Notes under the pieces: generated by a model
What the model was told of the DNA's origin: nothing
The model's database searches: none
Seen by the model: the letters and a program-made list of their open reading frames with translations, nothing else
Position numbers and translations under genes: made by a program
Source: Squalus acanthias
Taxonomy: Eukaryota
Length of the DNA stretch: 64,000 bases
NCBI GenBank assembly: GCA_030390025.1
Contig: CM059433.1
Span: forward strand, 22,446,001 to 22,510,000
Reading direction: 5' to 3'
Shown: piece after piece, positions 24,653 through 37,580 of the stretch
Layout: each line of letters starts with the position of its first letter
How positions within the stretch are numbered: the stretch's first letter is position 1

Positions 24653-24988
24653 ATGACACCCTCAAAGCCTCCTTGTAAAAATGCAACATCCCCACCGACA
24701 CCTGGGAATCCCTGGCCCAAGACCGCACAAAGTGGAGGAGAAGCATCTGGGAAGGCGCCAAACACCTCGAGTCTCTTTGCCGGGAGCAAGTGGAAGTCAA
24801 GCGCAAACAGCGGAAGGAGCGCACGTCAACCCAAGCACCCCACCCACCCATCCTTTCAACCACCGTCTGCTCCACCTGTGACAGAGATTGTAGGTCCCGC
24901 ATTGGACTCATCAGTCACCTGAGAACTCATTTTTAGCGTGGAAGCAAGTCATCCTCGGTTCCAAGGGACTGCCTAAGAAGAAGAAGAA
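24653..24988 (+). mobile_element. RTE-clade LINE 3' end
   Basis: DTLKASL*KCNIPTDTWESLAQDRTKWR..CSTCDRDCRSRIGLISHLRTH followed by an (AAG)n tail. Confidence 0.85.
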
Positions 24989-25320
24989 TATGAAATTATA
25001 ATGCAATATTCTTAAACTATAACATTTAGAAGCAAAATGAAGATTTAATGAAGTAAATTAACTTTATAAATGAACTGCTCAAAAGACTGTATGAGCACAC
25101 ACCATCAAGACATTCTTAAAGTGTTATTTGGCAGCATGTTCTTTATTATAAACTGCAATAGTCTACTTTGTAGCTTCCAGTATTTCCTTTGGTTGTTTCA
25201 TTTCAAAACCCTTACAATTGTTTTTCATGGTTATACCCAAGAAAGAGTTTTGATGTTCACAACCTGTTTTTGTTCATTCCCGAGTGTTTGTACCATGCTG
25301 AATGTACCCTCTGGATCATT

Positions 25321-26129
25321 GGGCTGAATTTTAATGGGGAAGGCGGGTTGGAGGCAAGTGGGCTCCCTGCTGACTTTAATGGCAGTGCCTGATTTGAATG
25401 GGAAGCCTTCATTTACCAGCCGCAGCCAGCCAGAGTGAGAGGCTGGCTGACTCCGGGCGGGTAGGCCTGCGGCACTAGACCGCACCAGAGGTGGGAGGGA
25501 GGGATCGCGTGGGGGGTCAGGCCAGGAGAAAACCGAGGGGTCGGGGGCTGGGAGAAGATGGGGGTGGGGGTCCGAAGAGGATCGGGGGCCGGGAGAAGAT
25601 CAGGGGTCCGAAGAGGATCAGGGGCCGGAGGAGGATGGGGTGGGGGTCCGAAGAAGATCAGGGGTCGGAGGAGCAGCACGGAGAAGACTGGAGGAAGGGG
25701 GGGTGCAGGCCTTGTGGAAGGATCGGAGGCCTGGGTTGGGGGATCGGAGGCCTCGTTGGGGGGGTCTCCGATTGCAGGGTTATGGAGAGACCCTGGATCC
25801 AAGAGGTAGGTGTAAAGGTACTTACCTCCTGGATGCACCAATCCTCGCCTTGCTCAAGCTTGCGGATTTTACGAGGAGTGCAAACCCCGACCAGCTACAG
25901 TTAAACACAAAATGGAGGTTAAAGAAGAGGCTTCCAGCCTCATTATAATATTTAAATAGATGGCACGCCTCCTGGCAGTGGGTTGGCGCCCCGCCCCCCT
26001 CCCATCCCGCCTCGTTAAAACCGGAAGTGGGCGGCTTGGAGGCGGGTTCAGGTCGGGATTCACATTTTTAGCACTTTAACTACCCTCATGTCCCCAACCC
26101 ACCCATTTTTTTAGGTTAAAATTCCCCCC
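25321..26129. mobile_element. Harbinger-type MITE
   Basis: TIR GGGCTGAATTTTAA / TTAAAATTCCCCCC; TSD ATT/ATT; homolog at ~50989-51836. Confidence 0.85.
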
Positions 26130-26358
26130 ATTGCATGAATGAGACAAGGAAAGGTAATCACCATGAGTCAATCATTCAAGACAAAATTAGTGAGCATTTA
26201 GAGATGCATGGGTATTGAAGGACAGCCAGCACTGAATTGTTAAAAGCAAATCACATTTGATAAATTTAATAGTGTTTTTATGAAGTGACCAATTGGATAG
26301 TTAAGGGGAATGCAGTAGATGTAGTGTATGTTGATTTTCGGTAGGTAGTCAGTAAGAT

Positions 26359-27340
26359 GTTTTTGTGGTATATATCAATGATTTAGACTTCAATGTAGGG
26401 GGCATGATTAAAACGTTTGCAGATGATACAAAAATTATCTGCGTGGTTGATGGTGAGGAAGAAAGCTGTAGACTGCAGGAAGATATCAATGGACTGATCA
26501 GGTGGACAGAAAAGCAGCAAATGGAATTCAATCTGGAGAAGTGTGAGGTAATGCATTTGGGAAGGGCTAACAAGGCAATGGGATGCAAAATAAATAGTAG
26601 GATACTGAGAAGTGTAGAGGAACAGCGGAACCTTGGAGTGCATGTCCACAGATCCCTCAAGGTAGCAGGACAGGTATATCACGTGGTTAAGAAGGCATAC
26701 AAGATACTTTCCTTTATTAGCTGAGGCATAGAATATAAGAGCAGAGAGGTTATGTTTGAACTATATAAAACATTAGTTAGGCCACAGCTAGAGTTCTGTG
26801 TACAGTTCTGGTCACCACATTACAGGAAAGATGTGATTATACTAGAGAGGGTACAGAGGAGATTTACGAGGATGTTGCCAGGACTGGAGAAATTTAGCTA
26901 TGAGAAAAGATTGGATAAGCTGGGGTTGTTTTCTTTGGAACAGAAGAGGCTGAGGGGAGACTTAATTGAGGTGCATAAAATTATGAGGGGCTTAGATAGA
27001 GTGGATAGGAAGGACCTATTTCCCTTAGCAGTGAGGTCAATAGCCAGGGGGCATAGATTTAAAATAATTGGTAGAAGGATTAGAGGGGAGTTGAGGAGCA
27101 CATTTTTTCACCCAGAGAGTGGTGGGGGTCTGGAACTCACTGCCTGAAAGGGTGGTAGAGACAGAAACCCTCACTGCATTTAAAAAGTACTTGGATATGC
27201 ACTTGAAGTGCCGTAACCCACAAGGCTACGGACCAAGAGCTGGAAAGTGGGATTAGGCTGGATAGCTCTTTTTCAGCCGACGCAGACAGGATGGGCTGGA
27301 TGGCCTCCTTCTGTGCCATAAATTTCTACGATTCTATGAT
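26359..27340 (+). mobile_element. Younger 5'-truncated CR1 LINE
   Basis: YINDLD..FADDTK, LVRPQLEFCVQFWSP, TTCTATG tail. Confidence 0.9.
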
Positions 27341-27395
27341 TAGAGTCGTGTTATAAAAATTCTGGCTAATGGTATAAAAGGAAATATTATAGCAT

Positions 27396-28309
27396 TGTAG
27401 GGAGTGGTTGTGGTAGGAGTCAGCCTTTCCCCTGACTCAGTGAGTGGTTCGAATCGCTCCCACGCCCCAGGTTCAAAACTTGGACTTATTTAGGGGTTGT
27501 GAATAAAGATGCAGTAGACAACAGGTTCCGATGAAAAGAACTATAACTTTTATTAAAATTAAAAGGTAACAAACTTAAACACACTTCACACTTAAACAGG
27601 TTTGGGGAACACACGGTTACAGGCGAGGGAAAAATGACAGTATACAAGAAAAAAAAACATTTTATCCCTCCCAAAAATCCCACTTCTAGCTAGGTTTCGG
27701 TTTCAGGAGATCAGGGATAATGCTCACCAAACAGGGGTATTAACAGTACGAAATCCAGCCAGGTAAGTCGATGGTGATTCTGGTCATCGAACGTCTTCCT
27801 TTACCATGTGGCTTCTGGGCAGTGCTGAGAGGGAGAGTTGTTCCAGCGTAGTCGGCGAGTCGAAAGAGAGAGAGCTCTTGGGACCTGCTGCAGATATAGT
27901 CCTTTTTTGCCCCCCCTCCCCCACAAAACTCCTCACGAAAACTAATTTCGTAATGCAGTGAGTTTTCAGGTGAGGCCTGTTCATTGTCTTGTTAAATTTT
28001 GATGGGCTTTCAACTATGCTAAACCAAATCAAATGGCTTACATCCTGTTGCGCTGTTGTTCCATGGAAGCTTGCATTGTTCTCATGCTTTGGGTTCCTTG
28101 CTGGGCCTAGCATTCCTATGGGCTCTGTGTTTTGGGTGGGGCGGCCTTTTCCCAGGGCCTATTGTCCAAATGTTAATGTTTGCTGGGCTTTGGATTCCCA
28201 GACAATCCACCGCTGTACATGTCCAGACATGTTTCCTTTAAAGTTCCAAAGTCCTTATTTTTTTCTTTCGATATATTTTTGGGGATCTGCAAATTTTGGA
28301 AATCTTACA
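27396..28309 (-). mobile_element. Solo LTR (ERV- or Gypsy-type)
   Basis: TGTAGG..CTTACA termini; 4-bp TSD GCAT/GCAT; AATAAA on the minus strand at ~27550. Confidence 0.8.
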
Positions 28310-29309
28310 GCATGAATAAAAAGTTGGTTTCCAGACAGGAAACAAAGAGTTCGAGCAAATGTCTGTTGAAGGAGGATTGGAAATGATGTAGGGAGCACAA
28401 TCTCAAAACTTGCTGATATGGAGGTGGGGGGTGGAAAACAGCAAAACTGTAAATGACTTGAGGAAGACATAGGCAGGTTAGCAGAATTGGCAGACAAGTG
28501 GAAAAGTGAATGTAATGTGGGTAAGTGTGAGGTAATACATTTTGAGAGGAAAAAACAAGGAATGGGAGTATATACTCAATGGAACAACATTGTAGGGTGT
28601 GGATGAAGAGAGAGAGCTAGGAGTTCAAATACACTTCCCTGAAATAGCTCATTAAAACCATAAAAAGCCCATAGCATTTGTATTTTATAAATAGGGGCAT
28701 AGAGTAAATAAGTAATGATAAATTTGTATAAAACGTTGGTTAACCCACAATTAGAATATTGTATGCGGTTCTGGGTGCGTCCTTATAGAAAGGACATTAA
28801 AGCCATAGAAACATGCAACATAGTTTCACCAGGATGATGCAAGTGATGGGAACCTAGACTAGAAATAGTGGGACTATTTCCACTGAAACAGAGAAGATTA
28901 AGAGGAAATTTAATAGAGGATTTTTGAAATGATAAAGTGTTTTGATAGATTAAATAGGAAAAGACTATTTCCTCTGGTTGAGGGGTCAGTGGAAAGGGGG
29001 TTGTCAATTTCAAATTGTCACTCAGAGAGTAAGAAACGAGGTTTGGAGAAATGTTGTTTTATAGCGGGTTGTTGGAGCATGGAATATTTTGCAATAGGAA
29101 CTGATTGAAGCAGAGACCATTGCATCTTTCTGTGAAAATGATGTTAATATTTGAAATGGGGGAAGTTACAGAGCTATGAGGAGAAAGGGGTCAGCGGGAT
29201 TAGTATTGGACTGGTCTACCAAATACCTAGCACTGTCACAATGGGCCAAAAGGGCCTTGTTCTGTGCCATAAATATCAATGGTTCTAAATGTTAGCATTT
29301 CTCTCTACT

Positions 29310-31764
29310 AACCAAATTAGTAAAAATACTGTGGAGGAGGAATTCCTAGAATGTTTACGGGATGGTTTTCTGGAACAATATGTCGAGGAACCAACCAGAG
29401 ATCAGGCCATCTTAGACTGGGTATTATGTAACGAGAAAGGATTAATTAGCAATCTTGTTGTATGAGGCCCCTTGGGTCAGAGTGATCATAATATGATAGA
29501 ATTCTTCATTAGGATGGAGAGTGAAGTAGTTGAATCAGAGACTAGGGTCCTGAATTTAAATAAAGGAAACTACGATGGTATGAAGTGCGAATTGGGTAGG
29601 ATTGATTGGGGAATGTCACTCAAGGGGTTGACGGTGGATAGGCAATGGCAAACATTCAAAGACTGCATGGATGAACTACAGAATTTGTTCATCCCAGTGT
29701 GGCATAAGAATAAAACAAAAAGGGTGACTCAACCGTGGCTAACAAGAGAAATTAGGGATAGCTAAGATTCAAGGAGAGGGCATATAAATTGGCCAGAAAA
29801 AGCGGTAACCCTGAGGATTGGGAGCAGTTTAGGATTCAACAAAGGAGGACAAAGAGATTAATTAAGAAGGGGAAAATAGAATATGAAAGTAAGCTTGCTG
29901 GGAACATAAAAACTGACTGTAAGAGCTTTTATAGATATGTGAAGAGAAAAAGATTAGTGAAATCAAGTGTAGCTCCCTTGCAGTCAGAAGCGGGGGAAGT
30001 TATAATGGGGAACAAAGAAATGGCAGACCAATTAAATGCATATTTTGGTTCTGTCTTCACAAAGGAGGACACAAATAACCTCCCAGAGATGTTGGAGAAC
30101 ATACGGTCTGATGAAAGGGAGGAACTGAAATAAATCAGTATTTGCAGGGAAATGGTGTTAGGGAAATTGACGGGATTGAAGGCCGATAAAACCCCAGGGC
30201 CTGAAAATCTACATCCTAGGGTACTTAAGGAAGTGGCCCTAGAAATAGTAGATGCATTGCTGATCATCTTCCAACATTCGATGGAATCTGGAACTGTACC
30301 CATGGATTGGAGGGTAGCTAATGTTACCCCACTATTCAAAAAGGGTGGTAGAGAGAAAGCGGGGAATTACAGACCGGTAAGCCTTACATCGGTAGTGGGG
30401 AAAATGCTAGAGTCCATTATAAAGGATGTAATAGCAGAGCATTTGAAAAACAGTGAGAGGATCAGACAAAGTCAACATGGATTTACAAAAGGTAAATCGT
30501 GCTTGACTAATCTACTGGAATTTTTTGAGGATGTAACTGGGAAAATAGATAAGGGAGAACCAGTAGATGTGGTGTATTTGGACTTTCAAAAGGCTTTCGA
30601 TAAGGTCCCGCATAAGAGATTAGCGTGTAAAGTTAAGGCACATGGGATTGGGGGCAAGGTATTGACTTGGATAGAGAACTGGTTGGCGGACAGAAAGCAG
30701 AGAGTAGGAATTAATGGGTCTTTTTCCGAGTGGCAAGCAGTGACTAGTGGGGTACCGCAGGGATCGGTCCTTGGACCTCAGCTATTCACAATATACATTA
30801 ATGATCTAGATAAGGGAACTAAATGTAATATCTCCAAGTTTGCAGATGACACAAAGCTGGGTGGGACTGTGTGCTGCAAGGAGGATACCGAGAAACTCCA
30901 GGATGATTTGGACAGGTTGGGTGAGTGGGCAGAAGCGTGGCAGATGCAATATAATGTGGATAAATGCGAGGTTATCCACTTTGGTGTCAAAAACAGAAAG
31001 GCAGACTATTATCTGAATGGCAATAGATTGGGAGAAGGGGAAGTGCAACGAGACCTGGGTGTCCTTGTGCACCAGTCGCTGAAAGTAAGCATGCAGGTGC
31101 AGCAGGCGGTGAAGAAGACAAATGGTATGTTGGCCTTCATAGCGAAAGGGTTTGAGTATAGGAACAGGGATGTCCTGCTGCAGTTGTACAGGGCCTTGGT
31201 GAGACCACACCTTGAGTACTGTGTGCAGTTTTGGTCGCCTTATCTGAGGAAGGATGTTCTTGCCATGGAAGGAGTTCAGCGAAGATTCACAAGGCTGATA
31301 CCTGGGATGGCAGGAATGACATATGAGGAGAGATTGGGTCGATTGGGCTTATACTCGCTGGAGTACAGAAGAATGAGAGGGGATCTCATCGAAACATATA
31401 AAATTCTGACAGGTCTGGACAAACTAGATGCAGGAAGAATGTTCCCGATGGTCGGAGAGTCCAGAACCAGGGGTCATAATCTAAGGATAACGGGTAAGCC
31501 ATTTAGGACAGAAATTAGGAAGAATTTCTTCACCCAGAGAGTGGTGAACCTGTGGAATTCTCTACCACAGAAGGTAGTTGAGGCCAAGTCATTAAATATA
31601 TTCAAGAATGAGTTAGATATATTTCTTAAAGCTAAAGGTATCAAGGGATATGGGGAGAAGGCAGGTACAGGGTACTGAGTTTGGATAATCAGCCATGATC
31701 TCATCGAATGGCGGAGCAGGCTCAAGGGGCCGAATCTTCTATGTTTCTATGTTTCTATGTTTCT
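29310..31764 (+). mobile_element. Young 5'-truncated CR1 LINE
   Basis: Endonuclease C-terminus, linker, RT and (TTCTATGT)n tail; upstream stops at ~29463, 29763 and 30131. Confidence 0.95.
30152..31678 (+). CDS. CR1 ORF2 reverse transcriptase portion (508-aa open frame)
   Basis: GNYRPVSLTS, YLDFQKAFDKVPH, GVPQGSVLGP, FADDTK. Confidence 0.9.
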   Translation: MVLGKLTGLKADKTPGPENLHPRVLKEVALEIVDALLIIFQHSMESGTVPMDWRVANVTPLFKKGGREKAGNYRPVSLTSVVGKMLESIIKDVIAEHLKNSERIRQSQHGFTKGKSCLTNLLEFFEDVTGKIDKGEPVDVVYLDFQKAFDKVPHKRLACKVKAHGIGGKVLTWIENWLADRKQRVGINGSFSEWQAVTSGVPQGSVLGPQLFTIYINDLDKGTKCNISKFADDTKLGGTVCCKEDTEKLQDDLDRLGEWAEAWQMQYNVDKCEVIHFGVKNRKADYYLNGNRLGEGEVQRDLGVLVHQSLKVSMQVQQAVKKTNGMLAFIAKGFEYRNRDVLLQLYRALVRPHLEYCVQFWSPYLRKDVLAMEGVQRRFTRLIPGMAGMTYEERLGRLGLYSLEYRRMRGDLIETYKILTGLDKLDAGRMFPMVGESRTRGHNLRITGKPFRTEIRKNFFTQRVVNLWNSLPQKVVEAKSLNIFKNELDIFLKAKGIKGYGEKAGTGY

Positions 31765-33914
31765 GGATATCTCCAGTTGTGAAAGAGCTTTAGTCCTGTA
31801 TGATGGAAAAAAAATACTTTCAGCAATGACCATTTCATAATCGGAAAACTGATAAACCAAGAATTCATCTTTTACTTGGTCACTTTCTTCTTTGAATTTG
31901 CAGATTCCAGATGGATGACCACAGCCTTAAAGGTAATTTGCTTACCATTTTTGAAAGCACAGCTCAGCGAATCTGTTAAAATGCTCTAAACAAGCTTGTT
32001 GCCTATGGCTGTTGCAGCAATGTGATCCCCATGCTCTGTTATATATGTCTGGAGACAACGGCCAATATGGATCTCTTTAGCTGGCAGGAAATTGTCAGTA
32101 TTGCACAGAATTCAGGCATCAGCAAACACCTAGCAGCTTCTGGTTTACAGGCTCACATAGTGTATATTTCCATTCTTTCGTTAGCAGCATGAGTTGACTA
32201 TCCTTGCTTTGTGGCTGCAGGCTATATTTTTGCAAGGACTCCACTGAATAGTGCTAAAGCAGGAATAATAATCTGACCCCGCGGCTTCAAAGGCACTCAG
32301 AAATTAGGACCATTTTGATTCTGCAGGATTTATAAGTCATAAAATATGATAACATTCTCTGCAGCACTTCTCAAAGGCTCAGCCATCTGTTAGAGAATAC
32401 TTTATTACCTTTAGAGGTTCCACATCAACAAACAGGGCAAATTAATGAGGTTTATGTTGCTGTTAAGAATGTGAAGCAAAGTGGCAATAAATGTCTAAAA
32501 TTAGGTCTTCCAAAGGCACCTATAAAGCTTCAACTCCAAATTTTAAGCATATGTCGACTGATGAGAAAAAACAGCAAATTGTCACGATTACATCGGAAAT
32601 TATTTCCTTCAATCGGGACAAGATAGAATTGTTTCTCTCAGCCATTGCAGTAGCACTGTCTGACAAGTTCTGCTGTGTGATCTGAGTTCTTTCGAAATTG
32701 TCATTAGACAATTATTGCTAACGCTCTCTTTGAAATCACACTATGAGATATTGGTAATGGAAACGCTAATGAACTTGTATGAAATACTTTTGTACACTAT
32801 TTGAATGAAGGTGTTAATCTATTTAAAATAAATGAACTCATACTTTTGTTAAAATGGAAGATGAAGCATTTTCATGTTGACAGTGAAATTAAAATCGCAC
32901 AGCGTGATTTCAGTCCCTTTGTGGCATATCCAAAAATGAAATTACTTTTTTTTCCACAGCTGCTGATAAAAATAGCCAATCAAGATGGCCAGCAGCTTTT
33001 CAATACCTATTCTACTGTTCTGGTCAAGGTACACGCAAGTGGTGACAAGCAGTTGCTACATCATTTCGATATTTCAGTCCCAAAGCACCCTATCCAATGA
33101 AGGCTGCCTTTACTGCTTAACAGGTCACCTTCGACATTCAGGCCGGTGCAATACTTAATTACCGTGCTTCTGAAAGAGTTCTCCACAAGCAAAGGGCAGT
33201 ATGTGCACTGCCAGCATGTTTATGAAAGAGGCCTCAGCTTTGACAACTTTTGTATTGGCTTGTGCCGTGAACACGTCGGTAAATCTTCTCCCTTCCAGCA
33301 TTTTTGGAAATTTGGTGGTGTTTCTCATTAGAGGCCAGATTTCATGTTGTTAGTGGGTGCATGGCATAGAAAAAAAGGGGAGAGGGAAGATGCAGCATTT
33401 CATGCATGTCACGCATTCTTGGCTGAGCAAAGCACAGGATCCCATGCCTGAAACAGGTATGGAAACGATATAATTACATCTTCCGCATCACTTTCTGGCC
33501 ATCATACCATCCCTATTCCTACCCATATATATTAGGCATTCAAAGTTGCCAGGCTGCACAATAACCTAGACAGTCAGTTAAAGGGGCAGCAAGCAACATA
33601 TAGGTGATGTCTCTCCAAATGTTGCTGAGTGATTTATCTGGATTTCTTTTATTTCTGGTGAATTTTGTGGGAGAAGGGACATTGCGGGTCCACTTTTGGG
33701 GTCACACACCCTTTCGCAGAATGGGTATTCCCCTGGGAATACCACTTTAAATATGCTGCTTAGAGAAGGAAAATAAGGATGAGGGAACACATGGGAGCGA
33801 TACCCATTGGCAGCACATATCAGGAGAATTCAGGTGGGTGCACGAATTTGCGATATCCCTTAGGTATATTTCTGGAGACAGAAGGGATTGTGGGATACAA
33901 TGAGAAAAGAATGA

Positions 33915-34015
33915 AAAAAAGACTTGCATTTATATAGCGCCTTTCACGACCACCGGACGTCTCAAAGCGCTTTACAGCTAATTAAGTACTTTTGAAGTCA
34001 CTGTTGTAATGTGAG
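33915..34015 (-). mobile_element. Deu-domain SINE 3' tail
   Basis: GACTTGCATTTATATAGCGCCTTTCACGACC. Confidence 0.7.
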
Positions 34016-34474
34016 AAGGCAACTAAGTGGGTTGAGATTAGTCATAAAGGTAAAAATTTGTTGGTATTAATAGTCATTTCCTTTTTCAAGAAAAAAGTAT
34101 GTTCTTTGAGTGGAAAGTCAGGACACACAAGTGGAACACTCTGCATAAGATCACTGTCAAATTTCCAATGCATTAAATGAGTATTACTGCTTTTTCACTG
34201 ACTGTTTGATACTTCTTGGGAATAAATCAGTAGAATGATTTTTGCAAGATGGGATTTGTTGTGATGTACACACAGTGAATGAGTGGTCCAAATGTCTGAA
34301 GCATCGTCTCAGTATGCCAAATCTCTGCGCCAAGAGTCTCCTGGCTCACTGTAGTGCCTTGCTGTAATTCACTGCTTAGCTACTGGGAGTGCTGTACAGA
34401 TATCCTGATCCACAGTTTGCTCTATGTACCAATGGTCTCCTACTTCTGACTTAAGGTCATCGACCTGAAACGCT

Positions 34475-37150
34475 GGGGGGAATTTTTCGCGGGGTCAGCA
34501 GGCACGTTTGGTGGCAGGTCGGGTGGGAATTTCTTTTTTTTGACAGCGGGTTCCCAGATGTCGGGTCTGTCATCGCTGAACAGACCCAACACCAAGCGGC
34601 GGGGGAGGCAATTTAGGTGATTAAGAGCTTGTTAACAGGCACTTAAAAACTATTTTGACCTCACCTTTAAATTTTACGAGGTTGCCCACGGGTTCCACGC
34701 TGCTCGGGGAGCATGTCAGCTCAGCAGGTCATGAGTTGATTCAGCATGGAATTATCTGATTACATGACAGCTGCAAATGTGCTATAAAAGCTCGCATCTC
34801 ACAGCTGTTCACTTTCCAAGCTCAGAAACTATTGCTTACTGCATTTGGAAGACAGATTGAGCTTTATGCAGGTTGCAAGTATTTGTAGCAAACTCTCTAT
34901 CCAGTGTCAGCTCATTGGAACAACCTCTCTCCCCATTGACAGATTTGCTTCTGTCATCTCAACTTCACCTGCCATCTATTACATCAGAAAGGGTACGGTT
35001 TACACTCTCTCACCTTGGTCCTCAGAATCTGACCACAATCAGCTGTGGCTCAGTTGGTAGCACACTCACCTCTGAGTCAGAAGGGACTTGAGCACATAAA
35101 GCTAGGCTGACACTCCAGTGGAGTGCTGCACTGTCTGAGGTGCCGTCTTTCAGATGAGACGTTAAACCGAGGCCCCGTCTGCTCTCTCAGGTAAAAGATT
35201 CCATGGCACTATTTCGAAGAAGAGCAGGGGAGTTATCCCCGGTGTCCTGGCCAATACTTATCCCTCAACCAACATAACAAAAACAGATTACCTGTGGTTT
35301 CAGCAGAGGTAGAGGCAACCTCCTCAATTCCCTGCTGCGTCTGCTTAGCCGCCTTTGACGGTAGTCTTCTGGGTTTTGGAGCCTGTGAGGGCCCTGCCAA
35401 AGTCTGCTCCTCCTGCGACTGTGCAGTGGCAGACTCAGCCATCGCTGTCCGGGGAGATATCTGGGTTCTGACCGAGGGGTTGGCAAGGGGGTAGAAGTGT
35501 GAGCGCTTGGAGAGGAGTCCCCACTTCCACGTGTCCTCCCACCATCATCCCTCTCATGGGCCACCCGCACTTTTCTGCTAACAAGTAGCTGGAGAGCACC
35601 TTGCTGCACATCAGTGGGGCCATGAGGACCCATGTCTATACTGACATTCCTCCTAGCAAGGATGTCTATGAGCCTTTGGTTTCTCTCCTCCGTAGATGCC
35701 CATCTATTTTGAATTGAAACCATGTGCTCATGCGACTGGCGCATTAGGTCCTCCATGCAGGTGGCCATCCTATCCATGGAGGAACCAACAGCCGCGAGTG
35801 GGTACGCCACGGTGGTGGTCATGTTTGAGATGCACTCCTCCATTCTCTGCACACTCGCAGTCACCACAGTTGCAAAACCTGTCAGAGCCTCCTGCACTTG
35901 TTCCTGCAGCTTCAGGATCGCCCTCTTCCTTAATGGCCCCCGAGCTCAGCGTCTGCATGCAGCTAAGCAGAGCTAGGAGACTCCTGCGCCCTCCGACGAG
36001 CTGTCTCCACCATCTGCTCTTGCTCACCTATGATGTGTGAGACACCAGGTGACTACACTACTCTATCTCGCGACGGCCCCACCGAGGTGATTATATCTGC
36101 GCTGGTGCTGGCTTGCCTTGTCTGAGATGTCGCTGCACCCTCAGAGGCTGGAGGCTCCTCTTACTCTTCTTCCTGGACAGTGGGGGGGGTGGGGGGGGGG
36201 CGCTCTTGATGGACCTGTGTGAGAGTAAAGACATCAGTTAGATATATGATATGTCGATTGCATACAGATACCATTATGCACATGATGAGCATTCAATTTC
36301 TCTTGACATCAGCCCCCATGTGAGTGACTGATGAATGCCATGTAGGTGTATGGAAACTGATTCTGTCACCAGGTTGTTCTGATTAGTCCCTCTCTCCATC
36401 CCCCACTTCTGGCTGGTCCACCACTCCACTTATTTTGAGGGCTGCCTCCTCTGCACTTGTGAGAATTGCGATGGATTGAGGGCCACCACCCGTTCTCTCC
36501 CTCTTCCTCTTATTTTGGGCTCTCTTTCCCTGCAAGGAGGGAAAGAAGTGAAAGTTGAGTGAGAGTGATGGAATGAGTGTAAGGAATGGATGGGTTAGAT
36601 CTTTAGAGGGAGACTATGATGGAGTGGGGTGGCAATACCAAGTTGCCTCCTTTAGTGCTGTTAGTTGGTGTCATTGCATTAGGATGAGGGTGAGTGTGAG
36701 GGGTGCATAGTAAGATGGGGATGTGATATGTAGACAGATAGAGAGGGATGGTTGAAGGTGCAAGGGATGTTGCATTGAGTAGCAATGTGCAGGAGTAGGG
36801 TTGGGAATGCAGAGTGAAAGGGAAGTGATAACATGCACAGCAGCATGAAGGCAATTGTGGCCTCTGCCCTCTGCCTCTGAGAAGTCATTTTCACCTCCAG
36901 CAAACAATGTCAGCACTGCAGCCTGTCATGATAAGAAGTGAGATGAAATAGGGCCATGGCCCCTTTAAAGATACCAGCACCAAAAGCGTCAGCGCTGACG
37001 TCAACAGACCCGCACCTTTTAATGGGGTTGGGGAACAAAGCCCATTACAGCAATATCTTTTTTTTCAGCGGGATGAAGACAGCAACGGGCTCGTGGCCCG
37101 CCACCGACCTCTCCCGCCATGAAGCCGCCCAGGTAGGCGAAATCGCGGCC
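34475..37150. mobile_element. Decayed Harbinger element
   Basis: Ends GGGGGGAATTTTTCGC / GCGAAATCGCGGCC; TSD GCT/GTT; Myb-gene exon GKRAQNKRKRERTGGGP at ~36370-36531 (-) and C-terminal ORF 35265-35897; homologous to 61197-63001. Confidence 0.8.
35040..35295 (+). mobile_element. tRNA-headed Deu-domain SINE, 5' part
   Basis: A-box GTGGCTCAGTTGG; GGCACTATTTCGAAGAAGAGCAGGGGAG core. Confidence 0.8.
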
Positions 37151-37224
37151 GTTAACTCGGCTTCTCTCTCCACAGATGCTGCCTGACCTGCTGAGTATTT
37201 CCAGCACTTCCTGTTTTTATTTAT

Positions 37225-37580
37225 TAATAATCCTCCTGTGTGGCACTTTGTCGAATGCCTTCCGAAAGTCGGTATATACAACATCTACTGCACTACCCTG
37301 ATCAACCTTTTCTGTTACCTCATCAAAGAATTCAATCAAGACCCGATTTGCCTTTAAAAAATCCATGCTGGCTCTCCTTGATTTACCCATGCTTGCCCCA
37401 ATGAAATTCTATTTTGTCCCTGATAATGGTTTCCAATAACCTCCCCACAACCGATGATAGGCTGACTGGCCTGTAGATTCCTGTTTATCTCTCTCCCCTT
37501 TTTTGAATAGTGGTATAACATTAGCAATGCTCCGGTCTTCCAGCACTACTCCTGTATCTAATAAGAATTGAAAATTATAG
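37225..37580 (-). mobile_element. CR1 RT fragment
   Basis: Reverse complement encodes VDVVYTDFRKAFDKVPH and YRPVSL. Confidence 0.75.

Larger units (their letters stand above)
26165..29287 (+). mobile_element. Old degenerate CR1 LINE hosting two later insertions
   Basis: RT motifs continue across 26165-26358, 27341-27395 and 28310-29287 (e.g. GIKGNIIA|..SWFPDRKQRV). Confidence 0.75.
25133..33330 (-). pseudogene. Ancient hAT transposase split by nested insertions (pieces ~31765-33330, 26133-26165, 25133-25320)
   Basis: KVVKAEASFINMLAVHILPF; SDSATAMAERNNSILSRLKE; EDLILDIYCHF..VDVEPLKVIK..RWLSL; DQVKDEFLVYQ; C-terminal NDPEGTFSMV..KEILEATK..YNKEH. Confidence 0.75.
34443..37222 (+). ncRNA. Penelope-type hammerhead relic split by a Harbinger insertion (34443-34474 + 37151-37222)
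   Basis: CTGAC..AAGGTC-ATC-GACCT-GAAAC-GCT | insert | GTT-AACT..CTCCACAGATGCTGCCTGACCTGCTGAG; core G8/A9 mutated. Confidence 0.55.

Noticed and set aside
31904..31932. Micro-exon-like AG..GT segment
   Set aside because: Lies antisense within the hAT transposase relic
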